From: an uncultured virus (IMG/VR IMGVR_UViG_3300044641_002811)
Lineage: Duplodnaviria > Heunggongvirae > Uroviricota > Caudoviricetes
IMG/VR virus record: IMGVR_UViG_3300044641_002811
Reading direction: 5' to 3' (one strand)
DNA length: 64,000 bases
This document shows, piece after piece, positions 47,236 through 57,158 of this stretch (the first letter of the stretch is position 1; each line of letters starts with the position of its first letter). The translations under genes were made by a program, and so were the position numbers. Under the pieces are notes generated by a model. It was given only the letters and a program-made list of their open reading frames with translations, did no database searches and was not told where the DNA came from.

Positions 47236-48834
47236 TCAGAAGTCAGTTGTTGCGTCGAACTCGTCTTCTGCTTCTGTTTCATAGAATTTACAGGTGGATA
47301 GGTCGTAGTTCAGTCGGCACGCGATGCCAACCTCGCCTGAATAGCGATTCTTAAGGACTCGCACAGTCGTATCACTTCCTCCAGATGCGCTCTGCTGGTT
47401 TCTTTCGAGTGCAATAACTCCGTCAGAGAGTTGTGCAATGGCCGCAGATCCTCGCAACTGTCCCAAAGTGACGCGGGCACCCTCTTCATGGTTCTGGTCA
47501 CTTGATGTACGTCGTAGATGTGAGACAAGAAATAGTGCGATGCCTGTCCTCTCTACCAATGAACGCAGACGTGTCATTGTCTGATCAATCATCTTGCGCT
47601 CATCACCATCAAGACCACTCAGAAGAATGGACAGGTGATCTAGAAAGACGACCCTTGTATCAAGACCTGCTGCCAGGTATTCAATTCGGTTGTAGATGAT
47701 ATCAGGATCAAAAGAACCAAAGCCATCGAAAAGAAAGAGATTCCAGTTAGCAAGAGTTGCTTGATACGCTTCGGTGAGGGTAGATCGGTCATGTTCGCCT
47801 AGGTGGAGTGATTTACCGACAGCAGCGGACATCAGTCCGAGAGCTGTACGACGGTTGGATTCTTCAAGTGCCAAGTAACCGACCCGTTCTCCTCCATTAA
47901 GAAGGTTAGTTGCAAGTTCACGGCAGAAGGAAGACTTTCCGATCCCAGATCCAGCAGTGATCGTGACAAGTTCTCCATACCTGATCCCGTGAAGCTTTTG
48001 TTGAAGACCTTCAAATGGGTAGCCATGGTCTGCTGGTGGTGATGGAGTGGTTACAACTTCAAGGAGAGACTTCCCATCAACGATCCCATCTGGACGGTAA
48101 GGTTTCGCATCCCAAATAGCGCGACGAATCGCTTCAGGGTCATTGGCAGAGAGGGCGTCAGACGCATCTTTGTAATCACCTTGGAGCGATGCAATCTTGC
48201 ACTTGCCAGGTGGTAATACGCTTGCTGCCTCCTCCGTTGCCTTACGGCCTGCCTCGTCATTGTCGAAGAACAGGACAATCTCCTCATAACCCTGCAGCCA
48301 TTCGTAAGCCCGTTGAACCGACTTTTTGGCCGCAGCGGCACCGCTAGGAAGAGAGACCATCGGCCACCCCGACATAACTTCTTGACATGAAGCCGCATCG
48401 AGTTCCCCTTCGGTGATAACGACTCGTTTTCCAGTGGCGGGAAACAAATGTTGTCCAAAGAGTGTCCCAGGAACTTCTCCTTCATAGCTGAATACTTTGT
48501 TCCTGGTCTTTACTTTGCAGCCTTTAAGGATTCCAGAGCCGTCGAAATAATGGAAGCGTAGAATGTCTCCGTCTCGGTAGATCTTGTACTGTTGGCATAC
48601 CTTTTCGGAGATGCCACGCTTGGGCAATCGTTCTGCTGATCCTTTGAGTTGGACATTGGTGGACATGCGATGATTGTGAACAACCTCTTCGGTATGGCCG
48701 TAGGTCTGGCAGGCGAAACAAAAAGTGTGGCCATCTGAGTACAAGCTGTTTGCATCAGATGACCCACAGGTTTCACACGGCAAGTGCCTGATGAACTCGC
48801 TTTCGGAGTTCTGCGTAGGCTCGTGATTGGGCAT
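47236..48834 (-). CDS. primase/helicase (gp4-like)
   Basis: CETCGSSD..CFAC Zn finger; TEGELD; FDNDEAG (TOPRIM); AGSGIGKS; LRGS; start set at MPNHEP. Confidence 0.95.
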   Translation of the reverse strand: MPNHEPTQNSESEFIRHLPCETCGSSDANSLYSDGHTFCFACQTYGHTEEVVHNHRMSTNVQLKGSAERLPKRGISEKVCQQYKIYRDGDILRFHYFDGSGILKGCKVKTRNKVFSYEGEVPGTLFGQHLFPATGKRVVITEGELDAASCQEVMSGWPMVSLPSGAAAAKKSVQRAYEWLQGYEEIVLFFDNDEAGRKATEEAASVLPPGKCKIASLQGDYKDASDALSANDPEAIRRAIWDAKPYRPDGIVDGKSLLEVVTTPSPPADHGYPFEGLQQKLHGIRYGELVTITAGSGIGKSSFCRELATNLLNGGERVGYLALEESNRRTALGLMSAAVGKSLHLGEHDRSTLTEAYQATLANWNLFLFDGFGSFDPDIIYNRIEYLAAGLDTRVVFLDHLSILLSGLDGDERKMIDQTMTRLRSLVERTGIALFLVSHLRRTSSDQNHEEGARVTLGQLRGSAAIAQLSDGVIALERNQQSASGGSDTTVRVLKNRYSGEVGIACRLNYDLSTCKFYETEAEDEFDATTDF

Positions 48835-48982
48835 CGTGATAGTCAAACCATTCATCAATGGCTTTGTAGAATCCTTCGAGAATGGCGTCTGCTGTAGCAG
48901 GGTTCTCACCTTCTACATCGGCAAGAATGTCGCCAAAACAATCTGCGTAGTATTCAGGTGTGCCGTACTTGAGATGACTCAT
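48773..48982 (-). CDS. hypothetical protein
   Basis: 69 aa; ATGA-coupled. Confidence 0.65.
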   Translation of the reverse strand: MSHLKYGTPEYYADCFGDILADVEGENPATADAILEGFYKAIDEWFDYHDAQSRAYAELRKRVHQALAV

Positions 48983-49128
48983 TTCTGTTGGTGGAGTGTG
49001 TTGATCAGATCTTCGTAACCATCCAAGGCATCCTCGAATCCTTCGATGATGTCGTTCGATGACGCGTGTTTATCCAGTGCCATGATCAAGTTCATGGCCA
49101 GATCCTTGATCAGTTCTAGGTCAGCCAT
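48979..49128 (-). CDS. 49-aa acidic protein (not in ORF track)
   Basis: MADLELIKDLAMNLI...; fills the gap and overlaps both neighbours. Confidence 0.55.
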   Translation of the reverse strand: MADLELIKDLAMNLIMALDKHASSNDIIEGFEDALDGYEDLINTLHQQK

Positions 49129-49469
49129 TCAATAGGGATCGAGTGATAGGCGCAGTATTGAATCCCGTTCTTTTCACACCACATTGCGTAGGTGGTCTTT
49201 GAACGTTTTTCAATCTTGTTATGAGGAGCCTGAAAGACCATCCGAATGTCAAGATCCGGATTCGCTTTCTTAACTGCAAGCATCTTGCGGCGATCCTCAG
49301 GAGTAAAGTGGCCCTTGGTTTCTAGGTAGACACCATTGGGCAATAGAAAATCTGGGGTGTAGTTACACTGAAGAATATAAGGAACCTTAGTGGACTCATA
49401 TTCAAACTTCACGCCCAGGCTCTTCAGCAGATCAGCAACCTGCCTCTCAAGACCAGAGCGATAGTTCAT
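49116..49469 (-). CDS. endonuclease I / Holliday junction resolvase (gp3-like)
   Basis: YRSGLE, YTPDF, ETKG, DIRMVFQ. Confidence 0.93.
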   Translation of the reverse strand: MNYRSGLERQVADLLKSLGVKFEYESTKVPYILQCNYTPDFLLPNGVYLETKGHFTPEDRRKMLAVKKANPDLDIRMVFQAPHNKIEKRSKTTYAMWCEKNGIQYCAYHSIPIEWLT

Positions 49470-50041
49470 CAGAAGTCTTCGTCGCCGTCACTCGTGGTTG
49501 CAGTCACATTAGGTTCACCTGTTTTGAATCCTTTGGTCTGACCAAACAGGGCAGCGACTTCGGTTTCATCCATGTCACCTGTGTCCACACCAGCACCGTT
49601 GCTCAGTGCGACCAGCTGGAGGCCCACCAATTTGACGGAGGTTCCATACGATCCATCCGGCATGGTGTAGGGCTTTTGACGGAAGGCCAGCTTTACCTTC
49701 GAGCCGCCGTAGATCGGTGTGTTCTCATCGGTGATGGGTGTGCCTTCGGTGTCAACCACCGGAGGTTCTTGACCCGGCTTCCACGAGAACTTCAAGACAT
49801 AGGAATCACTGTCGTGCTCTTCCCAAGGCTCAGGCTTGAGGATGGCCCGCTTGGGATTCTTCAGCTTCGATTCCGCCCACTTCAGTAGCTCTGCGCGTTC
49901 TTCTTCCAGGCGATCAATCAGCTTGCTGTCAACCACAGCCTTCAGGCCAAACGACCCAAACTTGGATGGTTTCAGCACCGCTTGATAGCCCTCAAGAACA
50001 ACAGGCTCTTGTGTGACGTGAATATTCTTAGCCATATACAA
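49469..50041 (-). CDS. single-stranded DNA-binding protein (gp2.5-like)
   Basis: IYGGSKVK; acidic tail ending DEDF; gene position. Confidence 0.85.
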   Translation of the reverse strand: MYMAKNIHVTQEPVVLEGYQAVLKPSKFGSFGLKAVVDSKLIDRLEEERAELLKWAESKLKNPKRAILKPEPWEEHDSDSYVLKFSWKPGQEPPVVDTEGTPITDENTPIYGGSKVKLAFRQKPYTMPDGSYGTSVKLVGLQLVALSNGAGVDTGDMDETEVAALFGQTKGFKTGEPNVTATTSDGDEDF

Positions 50042-50056
50042 TAGTGGATAGGTGGA

Positions 50057-50899
50057 TTAGTTAAAACGCGGGCGCTTGTAGCCCTGATCAAAGCGGGGGA
50101 AGAATTCGTCCAGCCCTTTGATGATGAAGTCCATGTTGTACCAACCATCACGGCGGACGTTGCCAATCATCATCATGATGGAGGGCACCAAGGCGTTACG
50201 CACTTCAGCCGGCAGGTACTGCCATGTCGTGCCCCCTTGCTCCCCCTTGAGGCGGTTGACTTCTTTGATGACACCAGCTTGAACACGAGAATAGATCCCT
50301 TCATTCAGCACACTGGCAAACCAGCGACCAAATCGAGTGGAACAATCCGCTGGTACTTCTTTCGCCTTTGGCCGGCCATAGTAAGAGCGGTAGCACTCCA
50401 ACTGCAGAAGACCCAATGGTCCTTCGTAGGCTTTGGCTGTGTCGGGGAAGGATCGCAGGATGGAGTTGTTGATCTCCTTCGCAGCCTCCTCGTGCATCAG
50501 ACCTGCTTCCTTGCGGAGGATCAGATCCAGCGACACACCAATCAGCTTGTCTGTGATCTCATCGGCATATTTGCCAGCCTTCGTGTTCTTGCCACGGTAG
50601 AGCTTGAGCAGGGACTTGAAGGTGTCTTGGTCCATGGCCATACCTTCTTTGGCTGGCATGTTTGGCACCTCTACACGAACCGGAGAAATTCCGGCCAAAT
50701 CGCCGAGATCGCCTGCGCTGCAACGGGTCTTCGAACCGGAGGTTTTTGCCAGCTGAGCCCTCAGGGAGCGCAGGGACTCACCGCCAGTGTTGCCATACAA
50801 CGTCTTGGTTGCCCCTGTGATGGAGAAGTGGGGGACACCCTCCACCACCAAGCAGTCCGTGTTGAAGAATTCCGAGAAGAAAGGGGTGGCCGTCTTCAT
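50057..50899 (-). CDS. P63C-domain-like protein
   Basis: C-terminal NEGIYSRV..GVIKEV..WQYL..LDEFFP resembles the P63C domain pattern. Confidence 0.55.
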   Translation of the reverse strand: MKTATPFFSEFFNTDCLVVEGVPHFSITGATKTLYGNTGGESLRSLRAQLAKTSGSKTRCSAGDLGDLAGISPVRVEVPNMPAKEGMAMDQDTFKSLLKLYRGKNTKAGKYADEITDKLIGVSLDLILRKEAGLMHEEAAKEINNSILRSFPDTAKAYEGPLGLLQLECYRSYYGRPKAKEVPADCSTRFGRWFASVLNEGIYSRVQAGVIKEVNRLKGEQGGTTWQYLPAEVRNALVPSIMMMIGNVRRDGWYNMDFIIKGLDEFFPRFDQGYKRPRFN

Positions 50900-50900
50900 G

Positions 50901-53243
50901 TCAACAAAAGAAATAGGTGGATTCGATCACGGATTCCGGTTCCAGGTCTCCGATGATCGGGGGTTCGCTCTCTGCACCGATCTGACGGGCAAAGTCGCGC
51001 AGGTAGTCGTGCTCTGCAAACAGGTGCATGTATGTCTCGCGTACCAATGTGGATAGAACGGACATGTCAGTCGCCCTGCACAGCACGGAGTCGTGGATCA
51101 ATGCAATCGGTGCATCGAACCGCAAAGTGGACAGGTGGAGCAGCGCTGCATCCAATGAATGGATCAGATTTGGGCTCGTTGCATTCTTGTGGTGGTTGAG
51201 GTCCACCTTGTCGGTGTCACCTGTCGCCACAGACAACTTGCACTCACCCAGCAGTTGCAGCTCAATGCGGACCACCTCTTTCTTCATCAACTTTTGGTTG
51301 ACGACAAAGCCAGAGGGTGTAGTCCACTGCAGCTTTTCTGCCCCGCGCTTGATGGCATTGGCCACTTCTTCCTCAATCCAACGCATGACACGCATGGGAC
51401 CAGGGAAGATCTCCTCCATCGCTGCTCGAACGGCAGCAACGGTTTCCGTTAGGTCTTCTTTGGAGACCTCAACGCCTTTCTCGGCCAACGCTTCACGGAT
51501 GTAGGAGCGATTGGAATAGGGTTTGGCATTGTAAGGAATCGTTAAACATGTGCGCTTGGTGACTTTCCGATCCATGTGGTCTCGAATGGACGCAGGACAG
51601 TTTGGTTTAGCGGCTTCGGCCACCACCTTGTACGCATCCTGCGGTTGATCACTCGGCACCACATTGACCATCTTTGCTGTTGATTTACAGCGACACAGCC
51701 CAGCCAGGATCTGGAGTCCTGAGCAGGTGGCGTCTGTGGCCACCATCAGCCCTGTGAATTGCCGATCCGCTGCAATGACGCAGTGGTAGTACTCCTCACA
51801 GGCGGCCAAGAACTGCCATGGTTCATCGGCTACTTCCCACTCAGGTAAACACCCAATCGGATCTGTAGCGACACGCGTGATGAGTGTGAGGTTATCCGCC
51901 GTCCACTCCAAGCGCTCCGCCATGGTGGCTTTGTCCAAGCCGTAGGTGGTCGCAACCTGGAACGACAACCATTGCTCTGCTTCAGGAGTCATGAACGACT
52001 CATCGGCAAAGCGCAGAAGAGACTTTCCAAAATCAGTATCCTGCGGGGTCAAGAATGCGGGAATTGGATAAGCTCTCCCGCGATAATCCATCGACCACGG
52101 ACAATGGAAACGCTCAACCTTCTTGAACCGACGCACCGCTTCCATCGTCATGCGTGTCCGGCATGATCGCTTGAACTCTTGGGCATTCAGGTTCATCGTC
52201 TCTGCTGCACGTCTTCGATAATCCTTCCGGCTATCGTAGTTCTCAGCAATGTCCACGGGCTTTGGTGGTAGCTCGTGATGCACGATGGGTCTGAACTTCC
52301 CAACAGGTCGTTGCAGCCGCTCTAACTCTTCCGCTACCTCCACAATGAAGGGATTGAGGCGAAAGGCAACCTTCTGAATTTTGTTCAGAAAAGCCAGGGG
52401 CACTTCCCCCTGTATAGATGTCGGATCTCCACGGCGTACCAAATCATGACCGCGCATCACCTCATTGAGTAGGTAGCCACCAGCGCGTTCGTTGGTCCAA
52501 TCGTTGGGTTCAATCAACATCGGCCACGCCAACGGCGCGAACAGTTCTGAATCGCTGATCACCTTGTCTTTGATCGCCAAGAACTCTGGGGTCGGTGCGA
52601 TGAACTGCATCTTTCTGCGTCCCTCTTGACGCACGATGCGATCAAACCAACCGCTGCTTTGGATGATGCACTCCAGCAGCCAGCCCCCCAGCTTGACCCG
52701 ATTTGAGGATCCCCAGCTCTTCCAGGGTTCCACCTCGCAGCGGTTCATCAGGGTGCGGATCACCACCAGTTTTTGATGGGTGCCGATGGAACGGTGCCAG
52801 TAGTTCTGTTTCAGTGTGTTAAGGAGCCCTGGGGCCTTGCGTTCGTAGTGGCGCATCTGGCATTCCGCCTCCACCGCAGCACCCACCGCTTCACAGACAG
52901 TGGTGACCTGATCGCTGCCTTTCTTGGTGCTGAACACCTTGTCGAAGGTCACCTTCAGGGCAATGGCCCCGGCGGCTTTGGCGTCTAGGTCCGTCAAGTA
53001 CTGATGGATTTCCTTGAAGGCGACCCCGGTTTTGCCGCGTTTGATCGCGTACTCCACCGTGGACTCGATTTGCGTCACCAGCTTTGGCAGCAGCGCTTCG
53101 ATGGAGGCGGCGCCATAGACCGTGGCACTCGCGTAGCTCTGGTCTTCGAGCTTGCGCGTGTTGTCACGCAGCTTTTGGAGCCCGAGTCTGATCTGATCGC
53201 GCTCCAGTTGGATTTGCTCATCAATTTGAGCGGGTGTGGGCAT
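50901..53243 (-). CDS. single-subunit T7-like RNA polymerase
   Basis: DYRGRAY, DATCSGLQ, RKVTKR..YN, PNLIHSLDA, IHDS. Confidence 0.97.
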   Translation of the reverse strand: MPTPAQIDEQIQLERDQIRLGLQKLRDNTRKLEDQSYASATVYGAASIEALLPKLVTQIESTVEYAIKRGKTGVAFKEIHQYLTDLDAKAAGAIALKVTFDKVFSTKKGSDQVTTVCEAVGAAVEAECQMRHYERKAPGLLNTLKQNYWHRSIGTHQKLVVIRTLMNRCEVEPWKSWGSSNRVKLGGWLLECIIQSSGWFDRIVRQEGRRKMQFIAPTPEFLAIKDKVISDSELFAPLAWPMLIEPNDWTNERAGGYLLNEVMRGHDLVRRGDPTSIQGEVPLAFLNKIQKVAFRLNPFIVEVAEELERLQRPVGKFRPIVHHELPPKPVDIAENYDSRKDYRRRAAETMNLNAQEFKRSCRTRMTMEAVRRFKKVERFHCPWSMDYRGRAYPIPAFLTPQDTDFGKSLLRFADESFMTPEAEQWLSFQVATTYGLDKATMAERLEWTADNLTLITRVATDPIGCLPEWEVADEPWQFLAACEEYYHCVIAADRQFTGLMVATDATCSGLQILAGLCRCKSTAKMVNVVPSDQPQDAYKVVAEAAKPNCPASIRDHMDRKVTKRTCLTIPYNAKPYSNRSYIREALAEKGVEVSKEDLTETVAAVRAAMEEIFPGPMRVMRWIEEEVANAIKRGAEKLQWTTPSGFVVNQKLMKKEVVRIELQLLGECKLSVATGDTDKVDLNHHKNATSPNLIHSLDAALLHLSTLRFDAPIALIHDSVLCRATDMSVLSTLVRETYMHLFAEHDYLRDFARQIGAESEPPIIGDLEPESVIESTYFFC

Positions 53244-53327
53244 GGGCGTCTCAATAAGAATTGTTTCGTCGGTGAGACTCGATCTTCATCTATCCACATA
53301 CGGCTGTGTACAACCGTGAGACCCAAT

Positions 53328-53348
53328 AAAAAAGGGCCGGTTGGCCCT
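53328..53348 (-). terminator. terminator downstream of integrase/attP
   Basis: AGGGCC-AACC-GGCCCT followed by a T run. Confidence 0.7.
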
Positions 53349-53383
53349 GATGAGTGTGAAATGTGGACAGACCTAGGCGTCAC

Positions 53384-53423
53384 ATTTTGAGTCGAGTCCG
53401 TCTACCAATTCCGGCACGCTCCC
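53384..53423 (-). other. attP core: 5' half of tRNA-Leu(CAA)
   Basis: GGGAGCGTGCCGGAATTGGTAGACGGACTCGACTCAAAAT = acceptor strand, D-arm and CAA anticodon loop; similarity then stops; adjacent to the integrase. Confidence 0.85.
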
Positions 53424-53508
53424 ACAGGGATTCCAGCCGATCTCATTGCTGAGATCCGCCCTGCGAAATCACCATAGCAGGCTGTGGCGGGATTGGCGTA
53501 GACAACCA

Positions 53509-54426
53509 TTAGATGTTGTTGGCTGTGCTCAAAACGGCGTCCTGTGTGTTATGGACGTACCGCTCGGTGGTCTCCACTCGCTTGTGACCCATAGCGGCCT
53601 TGACGTGCATCAAGGGTGCACCGGCTGCGATCTGCCACGTCCCGAAGGTGTGACGCAGTGTGTGGAAGACATACGATTCATCAATGTAGGGATCCAATCG
53701 GATCGCCTTGTCCCTCACTTTGTTGAAGTGACGGTTGATGATCTGACGGCTGTACCACACCTCACCAAAGACCAGATCCATTGCGTCCTTGCCATGGAGT
53801 CGCCGTTGGAGCATCTCCACGATCTTGTCGTTGATGCCCACCTGGCGGTAGTTCTTGGCCTTGGTCACGGAATCAGGTGTACCACCGATGTGAATGACAG
53901 GCTGTTGCGGCCTGAAGTCCACGTCCCTGACCTTGAGTTTGCGTAACTCTGCTTGCCGTGCTCCGGTATACACCGCTGCACGAATCAGGTCAGCCAACTC
54001 GAAGTCACCCCGTTCACAGGCAAGGTTGGTGAGCAACGTCACCTGCTCTTTGGTGAACCAGTTGGTGCGTCCTTCCCCTTCCTTGTAGCGTTGAATGACA
54101 GGAATGGCGTTGATGTACCCGTCCCTGGCTGCGATCTTGAGGACCATGCTAATCGTTGAGATGAAACGATTGGCAGAACCATTTGACCAACTGTAGCTGT
54201 CTACAGCATCTTGAACCACCGCTTTTATGAACGGTGTGTTGATGATTGTGAGGGCAGGATCACCAGCGATTTCTTCAAACTGTTTGGCGTGACGAATCAC
54301 GTTCATACCGTTTGCTGTCTTGGGATCCCATTGCTGGGTCAAGGCATGTTCAAACGCTTGGCTAAACGTCTTGATCGACGTTTTCTTGGGGATGCGGTCA
54401 AGGATGCGTTGGGTTCGCTTATCCAT
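53509..54426 (-). CDS. int: tyrosine integrase
   Basis: TGARQAEL, TKAK, FHTLRH, MGH, RYVH (complete catalytic set). Confidence 0.93.
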   Translation of the reverse strand: MDKRTQRILDRIPKKTSIKTFSQAFEHALTQQWDPKTANGMNVIRHAKQFEEIAGDPALTIINTPFIKAVVQDAVDSYSWSNGSANRFISTISMVLKIAARDGYINAIPVIQRYKEGEGRTNWFTKEQVTLLTNLACERGDFELADLIRAAVYTGARQAELRKLKVRDVDFRPQQPVIHIGGTPDSVTKAKNYRQVGINDKIVEMLQRRLHGKDAMDLVFGEVWYSRQIINRHFNKVRDKAIRLDPYIDESYVFHTLRHTFGTWQIAAGAPLMHVKAAMGHKRVETTERYVHNTQDAVLSTANNI

Positions 54427-54772
54427 AGAGGGTTGATTCGATTTGTCGGATTAAATCGTGGCCTCGTTTGGTTAACCGTAGAGTCAACCTTTTTCTGTCG
54501 ATAGGGTCTACCTCCTTGGTGATAAGATCCATCCCTGGCTTACCTAGATAATGCTCACTTGTCAGTCGAGCAATGTTTCGACTGCTGCTCGCAGTAGTGA
54601 GTCCTAAGTCCTCCTCTAATGCTTGCTTGTGGCAATTATCGTGGCTTGCAATGTAGAAAAAACAAGCCAAAGCTTGGGCTGGTACTGATCGGTCAAGTAC
54701 CCTCAACAATTCCATGACCCGAAGCATCCGCTCCATGTCTGGATTAGTGCGGGTCCTCCGTAATGGGTCCAT
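54419..54772 (-). CDS. MarR-like winged-helix regulator
   Basis: LEEDLGLTTASSSRNIARL..DPIDRKRLTLRLTKRG. Confidence 0.8.
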   Translation of the reverse strand: MDPLRRTRTNPDMERMLRVMELLRVLDRSVPAQALACFFYIASHDNCHKQALEEDLGLTTASSSRNIARLTSEHYLGKPGMDLITKEVDPIDRKRLTLRLTKRGHDLIRQIESTLYG

Positions 54773-54907
54773 GATCCTTGTATTGGATACAGTCCCATTC
54801 TAGACGCAGCCTACCGAAGTGGATAATCCATGCAGTGGTGGTACGCCATATGTGCTGGAAGCTTGCGTCATCCAGCCCCACATATAGGCGACCGAAACTG
54901 ATTAGCG

Positions 54908-55060
54908 TCACTGATGGGCCTCCGTCCAGGCTGTAGATAGTACAAAGGTATCATCCACAAGCTGCTCATGGGCGAGTTTGAACAGCTCATCTCGATGCGG
55001 ATGCTGCATAATTTGATCTTTGAGTTGAGCGAGGCGGCGCTCAAAGGTGGTTTCACTCAT
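54908..55060 (-). CDS. early hypothetical protein
   Basis: MSETTFERRL...; start within ORF 54908-55120. Confidence 0.6.
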   Translation of the reverse strand: MSETTFERRLAQLKDQIMQHPHRDELFKLAHEQLVDDTFVLSTAWTEAHQ

Positions 55061-55367
55061 CGGTGACGGTGTGTGGATAGAGGTAGTGGATAGATTCGTC
55101 ATCAGCCACAACAAACTCAACGTCTGGTGTGTTGATTAACTCGTTGACCTTGGCCTGAGCAGCATGGTGCTTTTGGTACACATACTCCTTGACCTTCTTG
55201 GTCTTGAGGTTTGTTGCACGGATAATGCAACATACAGAACTCGGTAACTCCCATCCCCCAACCTTCCAAGACATCACTTCTTCAAAGGTGTGAGGAATGA
55301 AGTCGCTGTCGTCTGCGTCCTTGTACTCTTGCCAGTTATTTGGATAGTAGGGCTTCTTACCACTCAT
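55053..55367 (-). CDS. early hypothetical protein
   Basis: MSGKKPYYPNNWQ..WELPSSV..KVKEYVY; start within ORF 55053-55478. Confidence 0.65.
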   Translation of the reverse strand: MSGKKPYYPNNWQEYKDADDSDFIPHTFEEVMSWKVGGWELPSSVCCIIRATNLKTKKVKEYVYQKHHAAQAKVNELINTPDVEFVVADDESIHYLYPHTVTDE

Positions 55368-55753
55368 CAGACTTAAATACTTGGATAGTTTGTGTAGATA
55401 ACTGAGCACCGGACAATTCATAACAAGCCAAAAGGGCACGTTCTTGATTGGCGGCCATGACGTGGTAGACCTGGCCACTGGCTGCTACACATTTGAATTG
55501 TTGGAGACTACCCATATAATCTGATGGGAGAAAAATAGACAAACCTACTTCTCCGTATCAAATGTGAACAGGGAGTCCAGTTCAAGCCAGATAGCGCTCT
55601 CAATGTCCTGTTGAAGTAACATGTTCTCTACGTCATGACGACGTAAACCTGCTGTTACTCCACGTTCGATACACTCAGACACAATGGCGTAGATGTTGGG
55701 TTGCATGAACTGCGTCCTTGCTTTGATGATTGTGAACGTTGGATCTTGGGCAC

Positions 55754-55780
55754 AAAAAAACACGGGTGTTATCCCGTGTC
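55754..55780 (-). terminator. early-region terminator
   Basis: ACACGGG-ATAACA-CCCGTGT followed by a T run. Confidence 0.7.
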
Positions 55781-56047
55781 TATTGATATCACTGACGATA
55801 CATGCAATAGGCATCATCAATCAGCGATAGCTTGGCTTCATCAACGCAGCCAATGTATTGCAGATGCCTAGACATAGCAGCTGTAGCTGATAGACAGCCA
55901 ACAGTCGCTAATGTGTAGACACCACAAGCAGCAGCAAAGATACCAAGCTTCTTGAACACTTGATGTGCGTCCATGATTGTTAGCGGTGGAGAATGTACAG
56001 AGAGATTGCTAATGCAATCAGTGCAGGGAAGGGAAGGAGAATGGCCA

Positions 56048-56242
56048 TTAGTTTTGATGTGAATGCAAAACTTCTTGGACAATCAGATCTTGTTCCATGC
56101 GATCCAACTGCACCCACTGCTGCCATGTTGTCAGCTCTTCACTGACACACAGGTTTGCAACTTTTCTGGCTAGACTATCGTCGATGTTGTATTGAGATCC
56201 GATGTAGTACATCAGACCATCGAACGATTCAACGGAAGACAT
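56048..56242 (-). CDS. early hypothetical protein
   Basis: 64 aa; AAGGA RBS. Confidence 0.6.
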   Translation of the reverse strand: MSSVESFDGLMYYIGSQYNIDDSLARKVANLCVSEELTTWQQWVQLDRMEQDLIVQEVLHSHQN

Positions 56243-56334
56243 GCTGTGTCCTTGGTGAAGTGAACGAGGGTGAGTCCCTCAGAAAGCCCATCCCACCACA
56301 TACGGATGCGGACAGAATGGGCAATAGGAGAGAG

Positions 56335-56664
56335 TCAAAGGAATGTGAACACGTATCCGTTCTCATTGGCCATGCAGCCAACAAGCTTGAAAGAACCATT
56401 GATCTCCGGCACTTGCTTAAGCAGATATTGCCAAGCAGCGTTGAAGTGATTCTCTTGTGTGTTCAGTGAGTGGTCATACCCAAAGGATTGTGCACGCTGT
56501 GTGCGTCCTGGGAATTTGCACTTGATGCGGCCTTCGTTGTACCCAGTCTCAATGGACCAAGCCCAACCAGGAGCCATCTTGATGATCTCTTGAATATCAA
56601 TACCATTCATTGGCTGAGTGGTCTTGATCTGTGGTGCAGCAGTGTTGCTGAACTCGATGGTCAT
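56335..56664 (-). CDS. early hypothetical protein
   Basis: Start MTIEFSN within ORF 56335-56751. Confidence 0.55.
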   Translation of the reverse strand: MTIEFSNTAAPQIKTTQPMNGIDIQEIIKMAPGWAWSIETGYNEGRIKCKFPGRTQRAQSFGYDHSLNTQENHFNAAWQYLLKQVPEINGSFKLVGCMANENGYVFTFL

Positions 56665-56747
56665 TGTGTGTACCAGAGCGGACAGAGTAAGTAGCACTGT
56701 GAAGGCTACAGAAAGGGAGACACATGGTGCGTCCCTGAGTGTAGACA

Positions 56748-56936
56748 TCAAGCGGCCTCTTCTTCGCTTGCTTCAATCTCTTCTACCCAACGAATTGATA
56801 GATCTTCAAGTTGATCTTCATCTATGTATTCTCCAAGGTAGATCTGGAGATCAGAGACAAGACCTTCTAGATCATCGTTGTCTAGATAGTATTTGAAAGC
56901 AGCGGTCAGATGCACGTCTGTGTACGTGGTCTGCAT
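56748..56936 (-). CDS. first early gene; very acidic 62-aa protein
   Basis: MQTTYTDV...; 18 D/E versus 2 K/R. Confidence 0.65.
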   Translation of the reverse strand: MQTTYTDVHLTAAFKYYLDNDDLEGLVSDLQIYLGEYIDEDQLEDLSIRWVEEIEASEEEAA

Positions 56937-57158
56937 GGTGTTGCGTCCGTGATCAGGTGGAGCAGTGCGAACACTGCAGAAAGCCTTCACACCGCATACG
57001 GACGCGGATAGAAGGCAGAGTGCAATGATCAAACAAAGCGTGTTGCTCCGCTTGCTACTGCTTGTGCTCCTCGCGGTCAGAGACCCATGCCGCTAGTCGT
57101 CACCACTGGTTGACCCAGTAACGGAGCTACTATTAAGTTGTCGATGTTCGATGGGCTG

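Noticed and set aside
53347..53361. Hammerhead core CTGATGA..GAAA
   Set aside because: Only GTGT lies between the core halves, so stem II cannot form; it also overlaps a terminator.
53384..53423. Functional tRNA gene
   Set aside because: No 3' anticodon stem, T-arm or 3' acceptor strand; better explained as attP.
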